Positions 1 through 9,996 of a DNA stretch of 64,000 nucleotides are shown piece after piece. Positions within the stretch are counted from its first letter, which is position 1. Each line of letters begins with the position of its first letter. The notes below the pieces were generated by a model, which saw nothing but the letters and a program-made list of their open reading frames with translations, made no database searches and had not been told where the DNA came from. Both the position numbers and the translations under genes were made by a program. This DNA is from Minisyncoccota bacterium (GTDB lineage: Bacteria > Patescibacteriota > Minisyncoccia > Phycocordibacterales > Phycocordibacteraceae). Location: assembly GCA_022842945.1 (NCBI GenBank), contig JALHOO010000003.1, positions 14,458-78,457 of the forward strand. Reading direction: 5' to 3'.

Positions 1-1202
1 ATCTCAGCGTCCATGTCATCGAACTCGATGGTAGACGCGTTTACGTCTCCCTGGAACTTGTCACGACCAATCTCAAGGGTTGCGCGGCGGATAACATCCG
101 ATGCGTCAACACCCATGTTCATGTCCGTAACATCGATAGTGAGGTCTGTGAGGAGCGAGTCAACGTCGTCACGGTTCTCAAGATCGAACACGAAGACATC
201 GTACTCGCCAGACTCGCGGTCCTCGTCAGCAACGAGAATCGATGCATCTGGGTTGTCAGAGTTTGTAGAGATGCGGAGGTCGCCGTTCTCCTCAGCGTCG
301 AAGCCGAAGGATACGGTCTCAGAGTCCTCACCCACATACTGCTGGATACCCTTAGCGTCAACAGCGCGGATGCCGCGGTCGTCAATGCTGAAGACGAAGG
401 TCTGAGCCATGTCAGCTGAGTCGATGTTTCCAGCGATGTCTGCAACAAGTGTGAGCTCAGCAGCGTCGTTCTCGCGAACGATGTGCTTCAGGCCTGTGAG
501 GGAGAGGCGGTAGCTGTCTCCAGAGCGGCTCCAGTCAGAACGAGAATCTACGTCCTTGTCCGCTACCTCCTTGCCGTCTGCAAGAATGGCGATGCGGTCA
601 AAGTAGCGCCAAGGCTGCGTGTTAAGGGATCCGTTCGATCCTTCAACACGGAGGTCAAGGCGCTCAACGCGGATGTCTCCACCGTCAACGTCGAACTCAA
701 CGGTTGCGACCTCAACCTCCTTGTCACCCTCGTTACCTGAGGACTGCTCGCGAACAAGATCGAAGTTGGAGAGGCGAGCCTCATCACCGTCGAGTTCGTT
801 CGAGCCGTTGCCTGGGTTCGTTGGTGTTCCAGGAACGATAACAATTGCCTGGTTCACGTGTGCACGAGTCACTGGGCCGAAGTAGCCTACTGCAGGTGCG
901 ATAGCATTCGCTGCCTGGTAGCGAGCGAGCGCTGCCTGTGTCTGGGCACCGAAGTAGCCAGTTGCACCAGCGGGGATAGCGTGTCCCTTACTAATAAGCC
1001 AGTTCTGAAGTGCTGTAACGTCAGCACCGGTAGAACCGATCGTCATATCGCGATAGAACGCGGTAACCGCAGTAGCAGTCTGGATGGTCGTTGTCTGGGC
1101 ACGAGCCTGTGGGGCAAGTACGGCGACAGACGAAGCCACGAGACCTACAACCGCAAGTACCGCGAAAAGCTTCGCGACGAGTGTGTTGTTCGTAGTAGTC
1201 AT
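1..1202 (-). CDS. Large secreted surface protein with N-terminal peptidoglycan-binding domain (partial, runs off window start)
   Basis: Manual translation from ATG 1202 gives MTTTNNTLVAKLFAVLAVVGLVASSVAVLAPQARAQ (signal peptide), then MTIGSTGADVTALQNWL...GYFGAQTQAALARYQ...GYFGPVTRA (PG_binding_1-like). Absent from the ORF track because it is truncated. Confidence 0.85.
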   Translation of the reverse strand, partial: MTTTNNTLVAKLFAVLAVVGLVASSVAVLAPQARAQTTTIQTATAVTAFYRDMTIGSTGADVTALQNWLISKGHAIPAGATGYFGAQTQAALARYQAANAIAPAVGYFGPVTRAHVNQAIVIVPGTPTNPGNGSNELDGDEARLSNFDLVREQSSGNEGDKEVEVATVEFDVDGGDIRVERLDLRVEGSNGSLNTQPWRYFDRIAILADGKEVADKDVDSRSDWSRSGDSYRLSLTGLKHIVRENDAAELTLVADIAGNIDSADMAQTFVFSIDDRGIRAVDAKGIQQYVGEDSETVSFGFDAEENGDLRISTNSDNPDASILVADEDRESGEYDVFVFDLENRDDVDSLLTDLTIDVTDMNMGVDASDVIRRATLEIGRDKFQGDVNASTIEFDDMDAE

Positions 1203-1373
1203 AATGCCAATAAGGGTATTACTTGATAGGATGCTTGGTAATGCACGGTTTTAGCGATATTTTAGTCCCGCAAGGCAAAGCGTGCGCTACCGGGGACATA
1301 TATAGGACAGGCCAGGCTCCAGAACCTTACAGGTTCGGGTCTGTAACACTTTGCTCGTTCATCTGTCCTACAT

Positions 1374-1874
1374 ATGGGTAAGATCACTGAAACAGCCTTC
1401 ATCAAGGCATATGACGAGTATGCGGACGAGATTTTTCGCTTCTGCGCCTTCAAGCTCTTTGATCGCGAGAAGGCACAGGACGTTATGCAGGACAGCTTCA
1501 TGAGAACCTGGGCCTATGTGGCTGCTGGGAATGAGATTGAGAACCTGCGCGCCTTTCTGTATAAGACTGCTCGCAATCTCTGTGTGAATGAGATGGTACG
1601 CGGGAAGACCTACTCGCTCGACGAGATGCAGGAGGTGGTAGGCTTTGATCCTGAGGACTCTCAATTGGAGAGTCCAGAGGACATTGCTGAGGCTTCGATG
1701 CTCATGCAGAATATCGCAACCCTCGACGACGCCTTTCAAGAAGTCCTTACGCTCCGCTATATGAACGGTCTTGCCGTGAATGAGATTGGGGAGATACTAG
1801 GAGAAGCCCCCAACACGGTCTCGGTCCGCATCCACCGAGCCATTCAGGAACTGAAGAAACGGATGCATCTATAG
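1374..1874 (+). CDS. ECF-type RNA polymerase sigma factor
   Basis: Region 2 AQDVMQDSFMRTW...AFLYKTARN; region 4 LTLRYMNGLAVNEIGEILG...VSVRIHRA. Confidence 0.92.
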   Translation: MGKITETAFIKAYDEYADEIFRFCAFKLFDREKAQDVMQDSFMRTWAYVAAGNEIENLRAFLYKTARNLCVNEMVRGKTYSLDEMQEVVGFDPEDSQLESPEDIAEASMLMQNIATLDDAFQEVLTLRYMNGLAVNEIGEILGEAPNTVSVRIHRAIQELKKRMHL

Positions 1875-1877
1875 CCT

Positions 1878-2852
1878 ATGAACACCAACGAACCTATTGA
1901 GAAGAACCTCACCCGTCTTGCAGAGACGGTGTCGTTGCGTGTGTCTGAAAAGGCTGAGGGCCTGGAGACTCTAAAGGCCTACATGGCACAGACGCGTGTG
2001 CCGGTGCGTTCTCCATTCGCGTGGCTGCATGCTCCGAGCATGCGGTACATGAGCGCGTTCATGCTGTTTGTTGTGGTGAGTGGTACGGGTGCGGTGTCAG
2101 TTGCAGAGGCGTCTCGTCCGGGAGACCCTCTATATGGAGTAAAGCTTCGGGTAACAGAGCCAGCGCGGTCGGCACTTATATTTGATAAAGAAGAGAAAAC
2201 AAAGTTTGAGATCGAACGAGTAGACCGCCGTCTTAAGGAGTTCTCCCTAGCAACCCTAAAGAGTCCCGACAAGGAAACAACCGCCCTTATTAAGGAGTCT
2301 CTCGCAGAGAGTATTGAGCAGGTGTCTAAAGACGTGTCAGAACTCTCAGCGTCAGGAGAGGCTGATAAGGCACTTAACGCAAACACAGACATCAAGTCAG
2401 TGCTTTCAGCACACAGCCTTGTGCTGAGAGAGGTATCAGAACGCAATCCATCGTCTGCAGAAGATATTGCGTCCATAGCGCTTTCGGTTGATTCAGGTAT
2501 CGCGGCGTCTGAAAACGTAGAGCAGGGTATAGAAGACGCTCTCGATTCTTCTCTTGAGGACGGCTCCGCTGTTGAGGAGCAGGAAGCAGAGACTGAAGGC
2601 TCTCTCACGGGTGTCTTTAGTCAGTTGCTTGAAGAGGCGGCAAGTATTGACGTCGAGGATCGCGCTGAGATTGATGAGTCTCTCACCTACATATACGAAA
2701 CCATTGCAGAAGCACGAGACGCACGAGACGAAGGGTCCCGCAAGGAGGCATATCTGTTATACCTCGAAGCAAAGGAACAGCTTGATAGCCTTATAACCCT
2801 CGTTGAGGCGGACCGCGATCTCGGTATTGGTGTTATTGGTTCAGACAACTAA
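1878..2852 (+). CDS. DUF5667-like membrane-anchored protein, putative anti-sigma factor
   Basis: One TM segment followed by AEASRPGDPLYGVK; directly downstream of the ECF sigma. Confidence 0.7.
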   Translation: MNTNEPIEKNLTRLAETVSLRVSEKAEGLETLKAYMAQTRVPVRSPFAWLHAPSMRYMSAFMLFVVVSGTGAVSVAEASRPGDPLYGVKLRVTEPARSALIFDKEEKTKFEIERVDRRLKEFSLATLKSPDKETTALIKESLAESIEQVSKDVSELSASGEADKALNANTDIKSVLSAHSLVLREVSERNPSSAEDIASIALSVDSGIAASENVEQGIEDALDSSLEDGSAVEEQEAETEGSLTGVFSQLLEEAASIDVEDRAEIDESLTYIYETIAEARDARDEGSRKEAYLLYLEAKEQLDSLITLVEADRDLGIGVIGSDN

Positions 2853-3505
2853 GAAGACTTCTGTGCTCTGTGCTTGAGGTAGAGATAGGCAAGGATGCCA
2901 AGGGTTATACATACAAGGAGTCCAAGAAGGAGTGTCTCAATGGTCTTGAAACGTGCAAGGAGCATGCCGGCAACCTCAAGTCCTGCGTACCCTGCATAGA
3001 GGAAGAATGCATCGCGCACAATAGAGCCAATGAAGGTAGAGAATATAAAGAGGCGGAGGGGTATCTTGAGTACGCCGCTTCCGGCACTTATAACGGCACT
3101 TGGCACAAACGGCAGCATGCGAAGCACTGTAAGGAGAACATAGTCTTTCCAGCCGTTCCCAAGGCGCTGTCCGAACGATTCTATCTGCGCATGCGTAACG
3201 CCTATAAGGGAACCAAGACGTCCTGCAAGAATATCCTCTGCCTTGTCTGCGATGACATACACGACGAGTGCGCCCAGGAGCTTTCCGAAAGCCGCAACTA
3301 CCGCGAGGCCAAAGAGCATGAGAAGGGTATATCCCTGTACCTGTGCCAAAGAGCCCATCACCAGCATCACAGGTCCAGACGGAATAGGAGCGATAATCTC
3401 CTCTACAAAGGAAGAGACTGCCGCAAAGACGGGAAGGGGGAGGATATCAGCGAGAGAGATAACCAGTTCTTCAAGGGCGTGCAACATGTTCCTTAGGTAT
3501 ACCAC
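2849..3505 (-). CDS. DedA/VTT family membrane protein
   Basis: EEIIAPIPS and LRMLPFVPSAVISAGSG motifs; start may be ATG 3487. Confidence 0.85.
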   Translation of the reverse strand: MVYLRNMLHALEELVISLADILPLPVFAAVSSFVEEIIAPIPSGPVMLVMGSLAQVQGYTLLMLFGLAVVAAFGKLLGALVVYVIADKAEDILAGRLGSLIGVTHAQIESFGQRLGNGWKDYVLLTVLRMLPFVPSAVISAGSGVLKIPLRLFIFSTFIGSIVRDAFFLYAGYAGLEVAGMLLARFKTIETLLLGLLVCITLGILAYLYLKHRAQKSS

Positions 3506-3540
3506 ATGAAGTAGGGGTATCTGCCTGGTACACTATTTGT

Positions 3541-4326
3541 ATGGATATCTTTCTAACCGCGCTTCTGTTTCTGTTCGTATACATGTGTGTGGCATTCGTT
3601 ATATCGCTTATTCGCAAGGACAATGGAACGGCAGACATTGCGTACGGGTGGGGATTTGTATTGGTTGCGTGGACAACGTACCTGCTCGGGAACCCGGGAC
3701 TCGTGGCATTCTTTGCGAGTGTATGTGCAACCATATGGGCAGCACGTCTCTCCATACGCATTTACCTTCGTAACATTGGCAAGCCTGAAGACTTTAGATA
3801 CAAGGAGTGGCGCGAGGCATGGGGGAAGACGTTTGTTCTGCGAAGCTTCCTGCAGGTCTATGTTCTGCAGGGCGCTATTATCTTCCTTGTTGCGCTCCCG
3901 CTCTCGCTTCTGAACGTGTACGGTCCAGGTTCTGCTGTGCCTACGCTCGCGCTTGTTGGGTTCGGGTTGTGGATCATAGGATTCTTCTTTGAGGCGGTGG
4001 GGGACTTCCAGCTGGCTCAATTTTTAAGGAACCCAGAGAGCAAAGGCGCGGTTATGGACAAGGGTCTGTGGCGCTACACCAGACACCCGAACTATTTCGG
4101 CGAGTCACTCATGTGGTGGGGTCTTGGACTCGCAGCGGCCTCAACACTCCTTCCGTTCATTGGTCTAGGAGCACTTGCGGCCTTCATAAGTCCAATCCTT
4201 ATCACGTTCCTGCTTCTTAAGGTCTCAGGCGTGCCTATGCTTGAGAAGCGGTTCGAAGGGAAGCCTGCGTGGGAGGCATACAAGAAAAGGACGAGTGTCT
4301 TCTTTCCGTTGCCGCCGCGCGCGTAA
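3541..4326 (+). CDS. DUF1295 / steroid 5-alpha-reductase-like membrane protein
   Basis: EDFRY, GLWRYTRHPNYFGE and SGVPMLE motifs. Confidence 0.9.
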   Translation: MDIFLTALLFLFVYMCVAFVISLIRKDNGTADIAYGWGFVLVAWTTYLLGNPGLVAFFASVCATIWAARLSIRIYLRNIGKPEDFRYKEWREAWGKTFVLRSFLQVYVLQGAIIFLVALPLSLLNVYGPGSAVPTLALVGFGLWIIGFFFEAVGDFQLAQFLRNPESKGAVMDKGLWRYTRHPNYFGESLMWWGLGLAAASTLLPFIGLGALAAFISPILITFLLLKVSGVPMLEKRFEGKPAWEAYKKRTSVFFPLPPRA

Positions 4327-4333
4327 CAAAAGC

Positions 4334-5686
4334 ATGCTCGTCCCTTCTGACGCAAAAACACTTCCACGCTTCAGTATTCCGGTACTGATTGCGGTACTTG
4401 GCGTACTTATCCTTGGGGTAGCATCCTCAATATACGTGTATCAGAAGGTTGACGAGTCTGGACGTAGCTCGGTACTTCAGCGAACCCAGACCTTTGCTGC
4501 GGGTGTGCCTGCTCTTGAGCTCGAGCGTCTCCAGGGAACAGAAGAGGATTCGGGTACGCCGGAATACGAGACAATCAAGACATACTTGACCGTTATGCGC
4601 TCGGTTAATGCTGATGCGCGCTTCCTGTATATCATCGGACAGAGAGAGGAGGGGCTCTTCTTCTATGCAGACTCTGAACCTGCGGAGTCTCCTGACTATT
4701 CACCCCCAGGCCAAATCTACTACGAAGCCACGCCTGCGATGTTCGCGGTCTTTGCAGATGGGCAACGGCATACTGAAGGACCCGACCAGGACCGTTGGGG
4801 GCTTTGGATATCTGGGTATACACCTATAACTGACGACGCTGGAAACGTTGTGGCGCTCCTTGGAATGGACCTGCCTGCCAACGAGTACCTAACCGATCTT
4901 GCCACCTACTCCTCCCTCCCTCTTCTGGTAGCGGTGGCGCTTGTCTGCATCCTCCTTATACTTGAACAGACACGTAGGAAAGAACGGGCCTATGTTGAAC
5001 AAAAGACAGAGTTCCTTTCCATTGCGTCACATGAGATACGTACACCGCTCACGGGTATACGTTGGGCGGTTGAGGGCTTGTTGAAGCGCCAGAACCCACC
5101 ACTTGATCCAAAGTCCCGTGTGATACTCTCGCTCGTGCACGAGAGCTGTCTTGGTCTCGTGGGAAGGGTAAACAACCTCCTTGATCTTTCGGGTCTCGAA
5201 GGAAAGACTCAAGTGCTGCGTATGGAATCCATTTCCATGCGCTCGTTCCTTGAGGACATTGTAGACAGTCTACTGCTTTCGGCACGCCAACGAAATGTAA
5301 CGCTACACATCGACGTCTCTGTATCAGAGGATTTGGTTGTTACGGGAGACCGACAAATACTGCACCATGCGTTCTTCAATCTTCTAACGAACGGCATTAA
5401 GTACACGCATGAAGGTACGAGAGTATCTATTTCATACGCAGCGGAGCAGGGCATGCACGCGTTTAGTGTGTCGGACGCCGGAGACGGTATCGCGCAAAGC
5501 GAACAAACCACTATATTTACTGGATATCATCGTACCCGTGAGGCGATACGATCCGGCCAGTACGGTACGGGACTCGGTCTTTACTTGGTTAAGAAAGCTA
5601 CAGAGCTGCACAACGGATCCGTGCGGGTTCAGTCTACGCCCGGGAACGGTGCCACCTTTACGGTGCGCATTCCCTCGAGTACCTAA
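4334..5686 (+). CDS. Membrane sensor histidine kinase
   Basis: Two TMs; H-box SHEIRTPLT; N-box NLLTNGIKY; G boxes DAGDGI and GTGLGL. Confidence 0.93.
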   Translation: MLVPSDAKTLPRFSIPVLIAVLGVLILGVASSIYVYQKVDESGRSSVLQRTQTFAAGVPALELERLQGTEEDSGTPEYETIKTYLTVMRSVNADARFLYIIGQREEGLFFYADSEPAESPDYSPPGQIYYEATPAMFAVFADGQRHTEGPDQDRWGLWISGYTPITDDAGNVVALLGMDLPANEYLTDLATYSSLPLLVAVALVCILLILEQTRRKERAYVEQKTEFLSIASHEIRTPLTGIRWAVEGLLKRQNPPLDPKSRVILSLVHESCLGLVGRVNNLLDLSGLEGKTQVLRMESISMRSFLEDIVDSLLLSARQRNVTLHIDVSVSEDLVVTGDRQILHHAFFNLLTNGIKYTHEGTRVSISYAAEQGMHAFSVSDAGDGIAQSEQTTIFTGYHRTREAIRSGQYGTGLGLYLVKKATELHNGSVRVQSTPGNGATFTVRIPSST

Positions 5687-6069
5687 ACTTTGCTGATGTG
5701 CTCTTCAACGAGCGCAACCACGCTATCTATCTGGCGGTCTGACTTAAGGAGGTACGCAACCGCACCAAGCTCCATAGCGCGTGATACGTAGTCCATATCA
5801 TTTGCGTTGCTGAGTACAATGAAGGGTACTTTGGTCTCAGGGAATGCAGCACGGATTTCCTGAAGCATTTCAACACCATCCTTTACGGGCATCATCACAT
5901 CCATAATTACGGCGTCTGGCTGTTCTGAAGTAAACTGTTCAACCCCTTTAGCGCCGTCGGTTGCGGTTGTTACAACATAACCAGCGTCCTCGAACTGGTG
6001 GGTTAGGGTAACGAGGAGGAGGTTGTCGTCTTCAACGATAAGTACGTTCTTTTTGTGTGCCGAGGTCAT
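5683..6069 (-). CDS. Single-domain response regulator (receiver only)
   Basis: VLIVEDD...MDVMMP...YLLKS; convergent with the kinase. Confidence 0.92.
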   Translation of the reverse strand: MTSAHKKNVLIVEDDNLLLVTLTHQFEDAGYVVTTATDGAKGVEQFTSEQPDAVIMDVMMPVKDGVEMLQEIRAAFPETKVPFIVLSNANDMDYVSRAMELGAVAYLLKSDRQIDSVVALVEEHISKV

Positions 6070-6170
6070 AGGTCTTAGTGTAGCAGAGTGTTCATAAAGT
6101 CTTAATAAAAGGTGTGAGAAGATAGGTCTCACACGGTTTTGTAACCGCTTAATTCCTATACCCAAACTGT

Positions 6171-6839
6171 ATGAAGCCATACGCACCTCTTGCTCTCCTA
6201 TTCGCACTAAGTCTTGCAGGAGGCGTTGAGGCACAAGTGCTCGACACAGGACTTGACGCCACTCTTACAGGAGGCTCTTCAGAAGCGGTACTTGATGCTT
6301 CTCTCAGCACCAACGCAAGCGTGAATGAAGAAGACACTGCAGAGAGTGCGCTCGATATTTCCTTCACCCGCACGTCTATTGAAGAAGGTACTACCTATAG
6401 CGTAACGGAGTCTGGACGTGTCCGTTCAGTCTCTGGACTTGAGTCCTATTTGGGTGCGTCTGTGCAGAACGATGAGCGTCTCACGTCTGTTGCTATTAGT
6501 GACAACCGTATGGATCTTACCTACAAGCGAGATGGCCGTCTTCTATGGATTGTTCCTATACAGATGGGTACCCGTGTTTCCGTCGATGCCGAAGGGGAGG
6601 TGTCCGTGAGGTATCCCTGGTATTCCTTTCTTGTAGCAACCGACGAGAGTAGGGTAGACCTTGAAGCTAGGCTTAGAGGCGAGGTGAATGCGGTTGAAGC
6701 AGGCCTCGCGGCAAACGCTGAGGCCACGCGTTCAGGTACGAGCCAGACGGGTATTCAGGTTGGTACTGATGAGGTGCGTCGCTGGGCCCGCATTCTTGAT
6801 CGTCTGCATGCAGAACTCTCTGCGGAGGTAACTGCGTAA
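6171..6839 (+). CDS. Secreted hypothetical protein
   Basis: Signal peptide; C-terminal VSVRYPWYSFL; 222 aa ORF. Confidence 0.75.
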   Translation: MKPYAPLALLFALSLAGGVEAQVLDTGLDATLTGGSSEAVLDASLSTNASVNEEDTAESALDISFTRTSIEEGTTYSVTESGRVRSVSGLESYLGASVQNDERLTSVAISDNRMDLTYKRDGRLLWIVPIQMGTRVSVDAEGEVSVRYPWYSFLVATDESRVDLEARLRGEVNAVEAGLAANAEATRSGTSQTGIQVGTDEVRRWARILDRLHAELSAEVTA

Positions 6840-6883
6840 GCAATATGTTTGAACATAAAAGGGCCCGCTTGGGGCCCTTTTGC

Positions 6884-9800
6884 TTATCCTTCCTTTGCGT
6901 AGCGCGCACGCACTTCTTTTCCTGGCCAGCGATGGTAGAGAACCGGTACGAGTACCAAGGTCAGAATCATAGACCAGGCAAGACCAAACATAATAGAGAA
7001 GGCGAGGGGTCCCCATATGCCCGCTGCAAGCGAGAGTGGCACCATACCAATAACGGTTGTAATTGTGGTAAGCACAATAGGACGGAAGCGAGAGGATGCT
7101 GCTTCAACAACTACGTCCGTAAGACTCTTCGTGTCGTGCTCTTTTCCAATACGTGCCACGGAATCCATGAGGATAATGGCGTGATTAATAATCACCCCTG
7201 CCAGCGCAATAACGCCAAGCATAGATGGGAAGGAAAGCGGCGAGCCGGTAATAAGGAGACCGAAGAACACCCCCACAAGTGAAAGCGGAATAATAGAGAG
7301 CAGATAGAGCGAATGGCGGAATGAGTTAAACTCAAGGACGAGAATAGCGAGCATGAGTGCTGCTCCTGCAAGGAGTGCAATACCCATCTCCGCAAAGGAT
7401 TGATTCACGTCCTCGCTCTCGCCTCCAATCTTCATGTTTACCCCTTCAGGAAGGGTGACGCTCTCCATCTTCTTCGTGAAGTCAGATGCAATCATGAGAG
7501 GATTGCCTCCGGCTTTGGCGTCTGCGGTAAGGGTGGCAATACGCGTCCCGTCCTCATGTCGAATAACTGCGTTTGCGGGTTCGTACGTAATGGTTGCAAT
7601 CAAAGAGAGAGGAATCGGTCCGTTCTTCCCTGGCACCGTAAGGCTACGCACGGCGTCGATGGTAGCGTTTGCGGTCTCGGAAGGGTCACGATATCCAGGG
7701 TTGAGGTCGAGCTTGGTGCGCACTTCAATGTCTGTTGCGCCGTCCCTAATATCGGTTGCCTTAACGCCAAAGAGGGCACCACGAAGCGTCTCTGCAACCG
7801 TCAGAGGAGAGACGCCAAGTTCTGCAGCTCTCGCGGAATCAAGGCGCACCACGAACTCAGAGCCGTCGTCCTTCATAGAAGTGTCTATGTTTGTGGTACC
7901 AGCTACGTCAGAGAGTACGCGGGCACCTTGGTCTACTGCAGTACCAAGACTTGCAAGATCCTCACCCACAAACGTTACCGAGATTGCGGCACCTGTTGGA
8001 GGTCCTCCGGCAGGCTCAGACACAACGATGCGTGCGGAGGTTATCGCTGAGAGCTCTTCGCGCAGGCTCGTTACAATCTCGCCACTCATCTCCTTGCGGT
8101 CACTCGCAAGATTAACGGTTATATTTCCGATGTTGCTTCCGGACGCTCCGCTGCCGCTAAACGCGCTCCCCACACCAACGTCAGATACGAAGGACTCAAT
8201 GCGGCTGTCGCCATAGAGCATTTCTTCAACCTCGCGCACCGCGAGGTCCGTATCAGTTAGTGCGGTACCGAGCGGCTTCTCAATCTCGATGTAGACGAAG
8301 TCCATGTCTTCGGTTGGGAAGAACACCACCTTCACGAGTCCAACCATGGGAAGGAGTAGAGACAGGAAGAAGAGTCCTACCATCGTAAGGAGGAAGCGAT
8401 TCTCTTTCTTGCGGTTGCCGAGAATGCCTCGTAGGTACTTCTCGTACCATGCCTTTGCACGCTCGTTGTATCCTTCTTGCAAGAGCTCTATGCGGGATGG
8501 TTCTTTGCGGATGAGGTATATCGCGAGAAGCGGAACGAGACCGAGCGCTACGAAGATGGACGCAAGGAGTACGAAGATAACGGTGAAGGGAATTGAGGCG
8601 ATGAACTTGCCCACAATGCCTGAAAGGAAGAAGAGGGGAACGAATACCGCAACCGTAGTGAGGGTGCCGGCAATGAGCGGCCAGGCGTACTCTTGAATGG
8701 CCTGTATGGCAGCCTGACGCTTCCCGCCAGCGGTCATAAGACGGGTGTGAATCGCTTCCACCACCACGATGCCCGAGTCCACGAGAATACCAATGGCAAG
8801 AATAAGCGAGAACAGCGATATGAAGTTAATAGTGTTTCCAGACGCCGCAAGACCAATGAAGGCGATGAGGAAGGAAAGAGGAATGGATGCAGCAGCAACA
8901 AGTGACTCCCTCCAGCCAAGCGTAAGGAAGAGAAGAATCATAACGAGCACCACGGTCTCAAGTGCTACCTTCGATAGCTCTTTAAGATCGTGTGCGATAT
9001 CGTCGCCAGCATCGTACGTAATAACGGTCTTTGTTCCTGAGAGCGATGTCGTCTCTAGGCTCTCAAGGGTCTTCTTCACGTCGCTTCCGGTCTCTAGGAT
9101 GTTTCCGCCACGGCTTTTGAATACAGAAAGGGTAAGGGCGGGAACAGACGGTTCGCTCTCAACAGACACACGTGAATAGGTGGAGGGGTCTGCAAGACCG
9201 TCTACGACGTCCGCAACGTCCCCCACACGTAGGGCACTTCCTCCGGGGCCTGGGAGTGCGATGGCGCGTACCTGGTCGGTATCGGTTATGCCCGCCTCAA
9301 GGCGCACTGCGTAGCGAATACCGTCTACGGTTATGGAGCCGGCGGGGGACGCAACACCCGACGCACGAAGCGCGTTGGTTACGTCAGACATCGAGAGGCC
9401 GTACTGGCGAAGCTTTGCCTGCTCAACGATAACCTGCACCTCACGCGCACGAACACCCGACACGGATACTGAGGACACGCCACGAACGCGCTCAATCTCG
9501 TTAGCAACGGTCTCGCCAAGGGCCGTAAGCTCAGCAGGAGCGAGCTCGCCTGCGATAGAGATAATGAGGATGGGCTGATCAGCGAAGTTGATGTCGCTTA
9601 CGATTGGATCGTTCGCGGTCTCCGGGAGCTCGGGACGCACCGTGTCCACCTCGTCCTTCAGAAGCTGAATGGACTTATCAATGTCTGCGTTCGCATTGAA
9701 CTCAACACTCACCGACGACACGCCGTCGCCTGAGGTTGAGGTTACTTTTGAAACGCCCTCGATACCGAGTACACGGTCCTCAATCTTGTCTGTGATGAGA

Positions 9801-9985
9801 GACTCAACGTCTTCAGCAGACGCGCCGGGAAGTACGGTGGTAACCACACCAATAGGAATCTGTATCTCAGGCGATGACTCCTTCGGGATAACGGCAACAG
9901 CGTAGAGGCCACCGAGAATAAGCACGATTGAGAGAAGGATCGTGAAATGGTGCTTATCAATGAAGAACGTCCAGAATTTAGTCAT
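6884..9985 (-). CDS. RND efflux transporter permease (AcrB/AcrD/AcrF family)
   Basis: 1033 aa; GILVDSGIVVVE and RFRPIVLTT motifs. Confidence 0.95.
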   Translation of the reverse strand: MTKFWTFFIDKHHFTILLSIVLILGGLYAVAVIPKESSPEIQIPIGVVTTVLPGASAEDVESLITDKIEDRVLGIEGVSKVTSTSGDGVSSVSVEFNANADIDKSIQLLKDEVDTVRPELPETANDPIVSDINFADQPILIISIAGELAPAELTALGETVANEIERVRGVSSVSVSGVRAREVQVIVEQAKLRQYGLSMSDVTNALRASGVASPAGSITVDGIRYAVRLEAGITDTDQVRAIALPGPGGSALRVGDVADVVDGLADPSTYSRVSVESEPSVPALTLSVFKSRGGNILETGSDVKKTLESLETTSLSGTKTVITYDAGDDIAHDLKELSKVALETVVLVMILLFLTLGWRESLVAAASIPLSFLIAFIGLAASGNTINFISLFSLILAIGILVDSGIVVVEAIHTRLMTAGGKRQAAIQAIQEYAWPLIAGTLTTVAVFVPLFFLSGIVGKFIASIPFTVIFVLLASIFVALGLVPLLAIYLIRKEPSRIELLQEGYNERAKAWYEKYLRGILGNRKKENRFLLTMVGLFFLSLLLPMVGLVKVVFFPTEDMDFVYIEIEKPLGTALTDTDLAVREVEEMLYGDSRIESFVSDVGVGSAFSGSGASGSNIGNITVNLASDRKEMSGEIVTSLREELSAITSARIVVSEPAGGPPTGAAISVTFVGEDLASLGTAVDQGARVLSDVAGTTNIDTSMKDDGSEFVVRLDSARAAELGVSPLTVAETLRGALFGVKATDIRDGATDIEVRTKLDLNPGYRDPSETANATIDAVRSLTVPGKNGPIPLSLIATITYEPANAVIRHEDGTRIATLTADAKAGGNPLMIASDFTKKMESVTLPEGVNMKIGGESEDVNQSFAEMGIALLAGAALMLAILVLEFNSFRHSLYLLSIIPLSLVGVFFGLLITGSPLSFPSMLGVIALAGVIINHAIILMDSVARIGKEHDTKSLTDVVVEAASSRFRPIVLTTITTVIGMVPLSLAAGIWGPLAFSIMFGLAWSMILTLVLVPVLYHRWPGKEVRARYAKEG

Positions 9986-9996
9986 GAGTTCTGAGG

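Noticed and set aside
13-1226. ORF-track ORFs in the first 1.2 kb
   Set aside because: They are shadows of the truncated minus-strand surface-protein gene starting at 1202.
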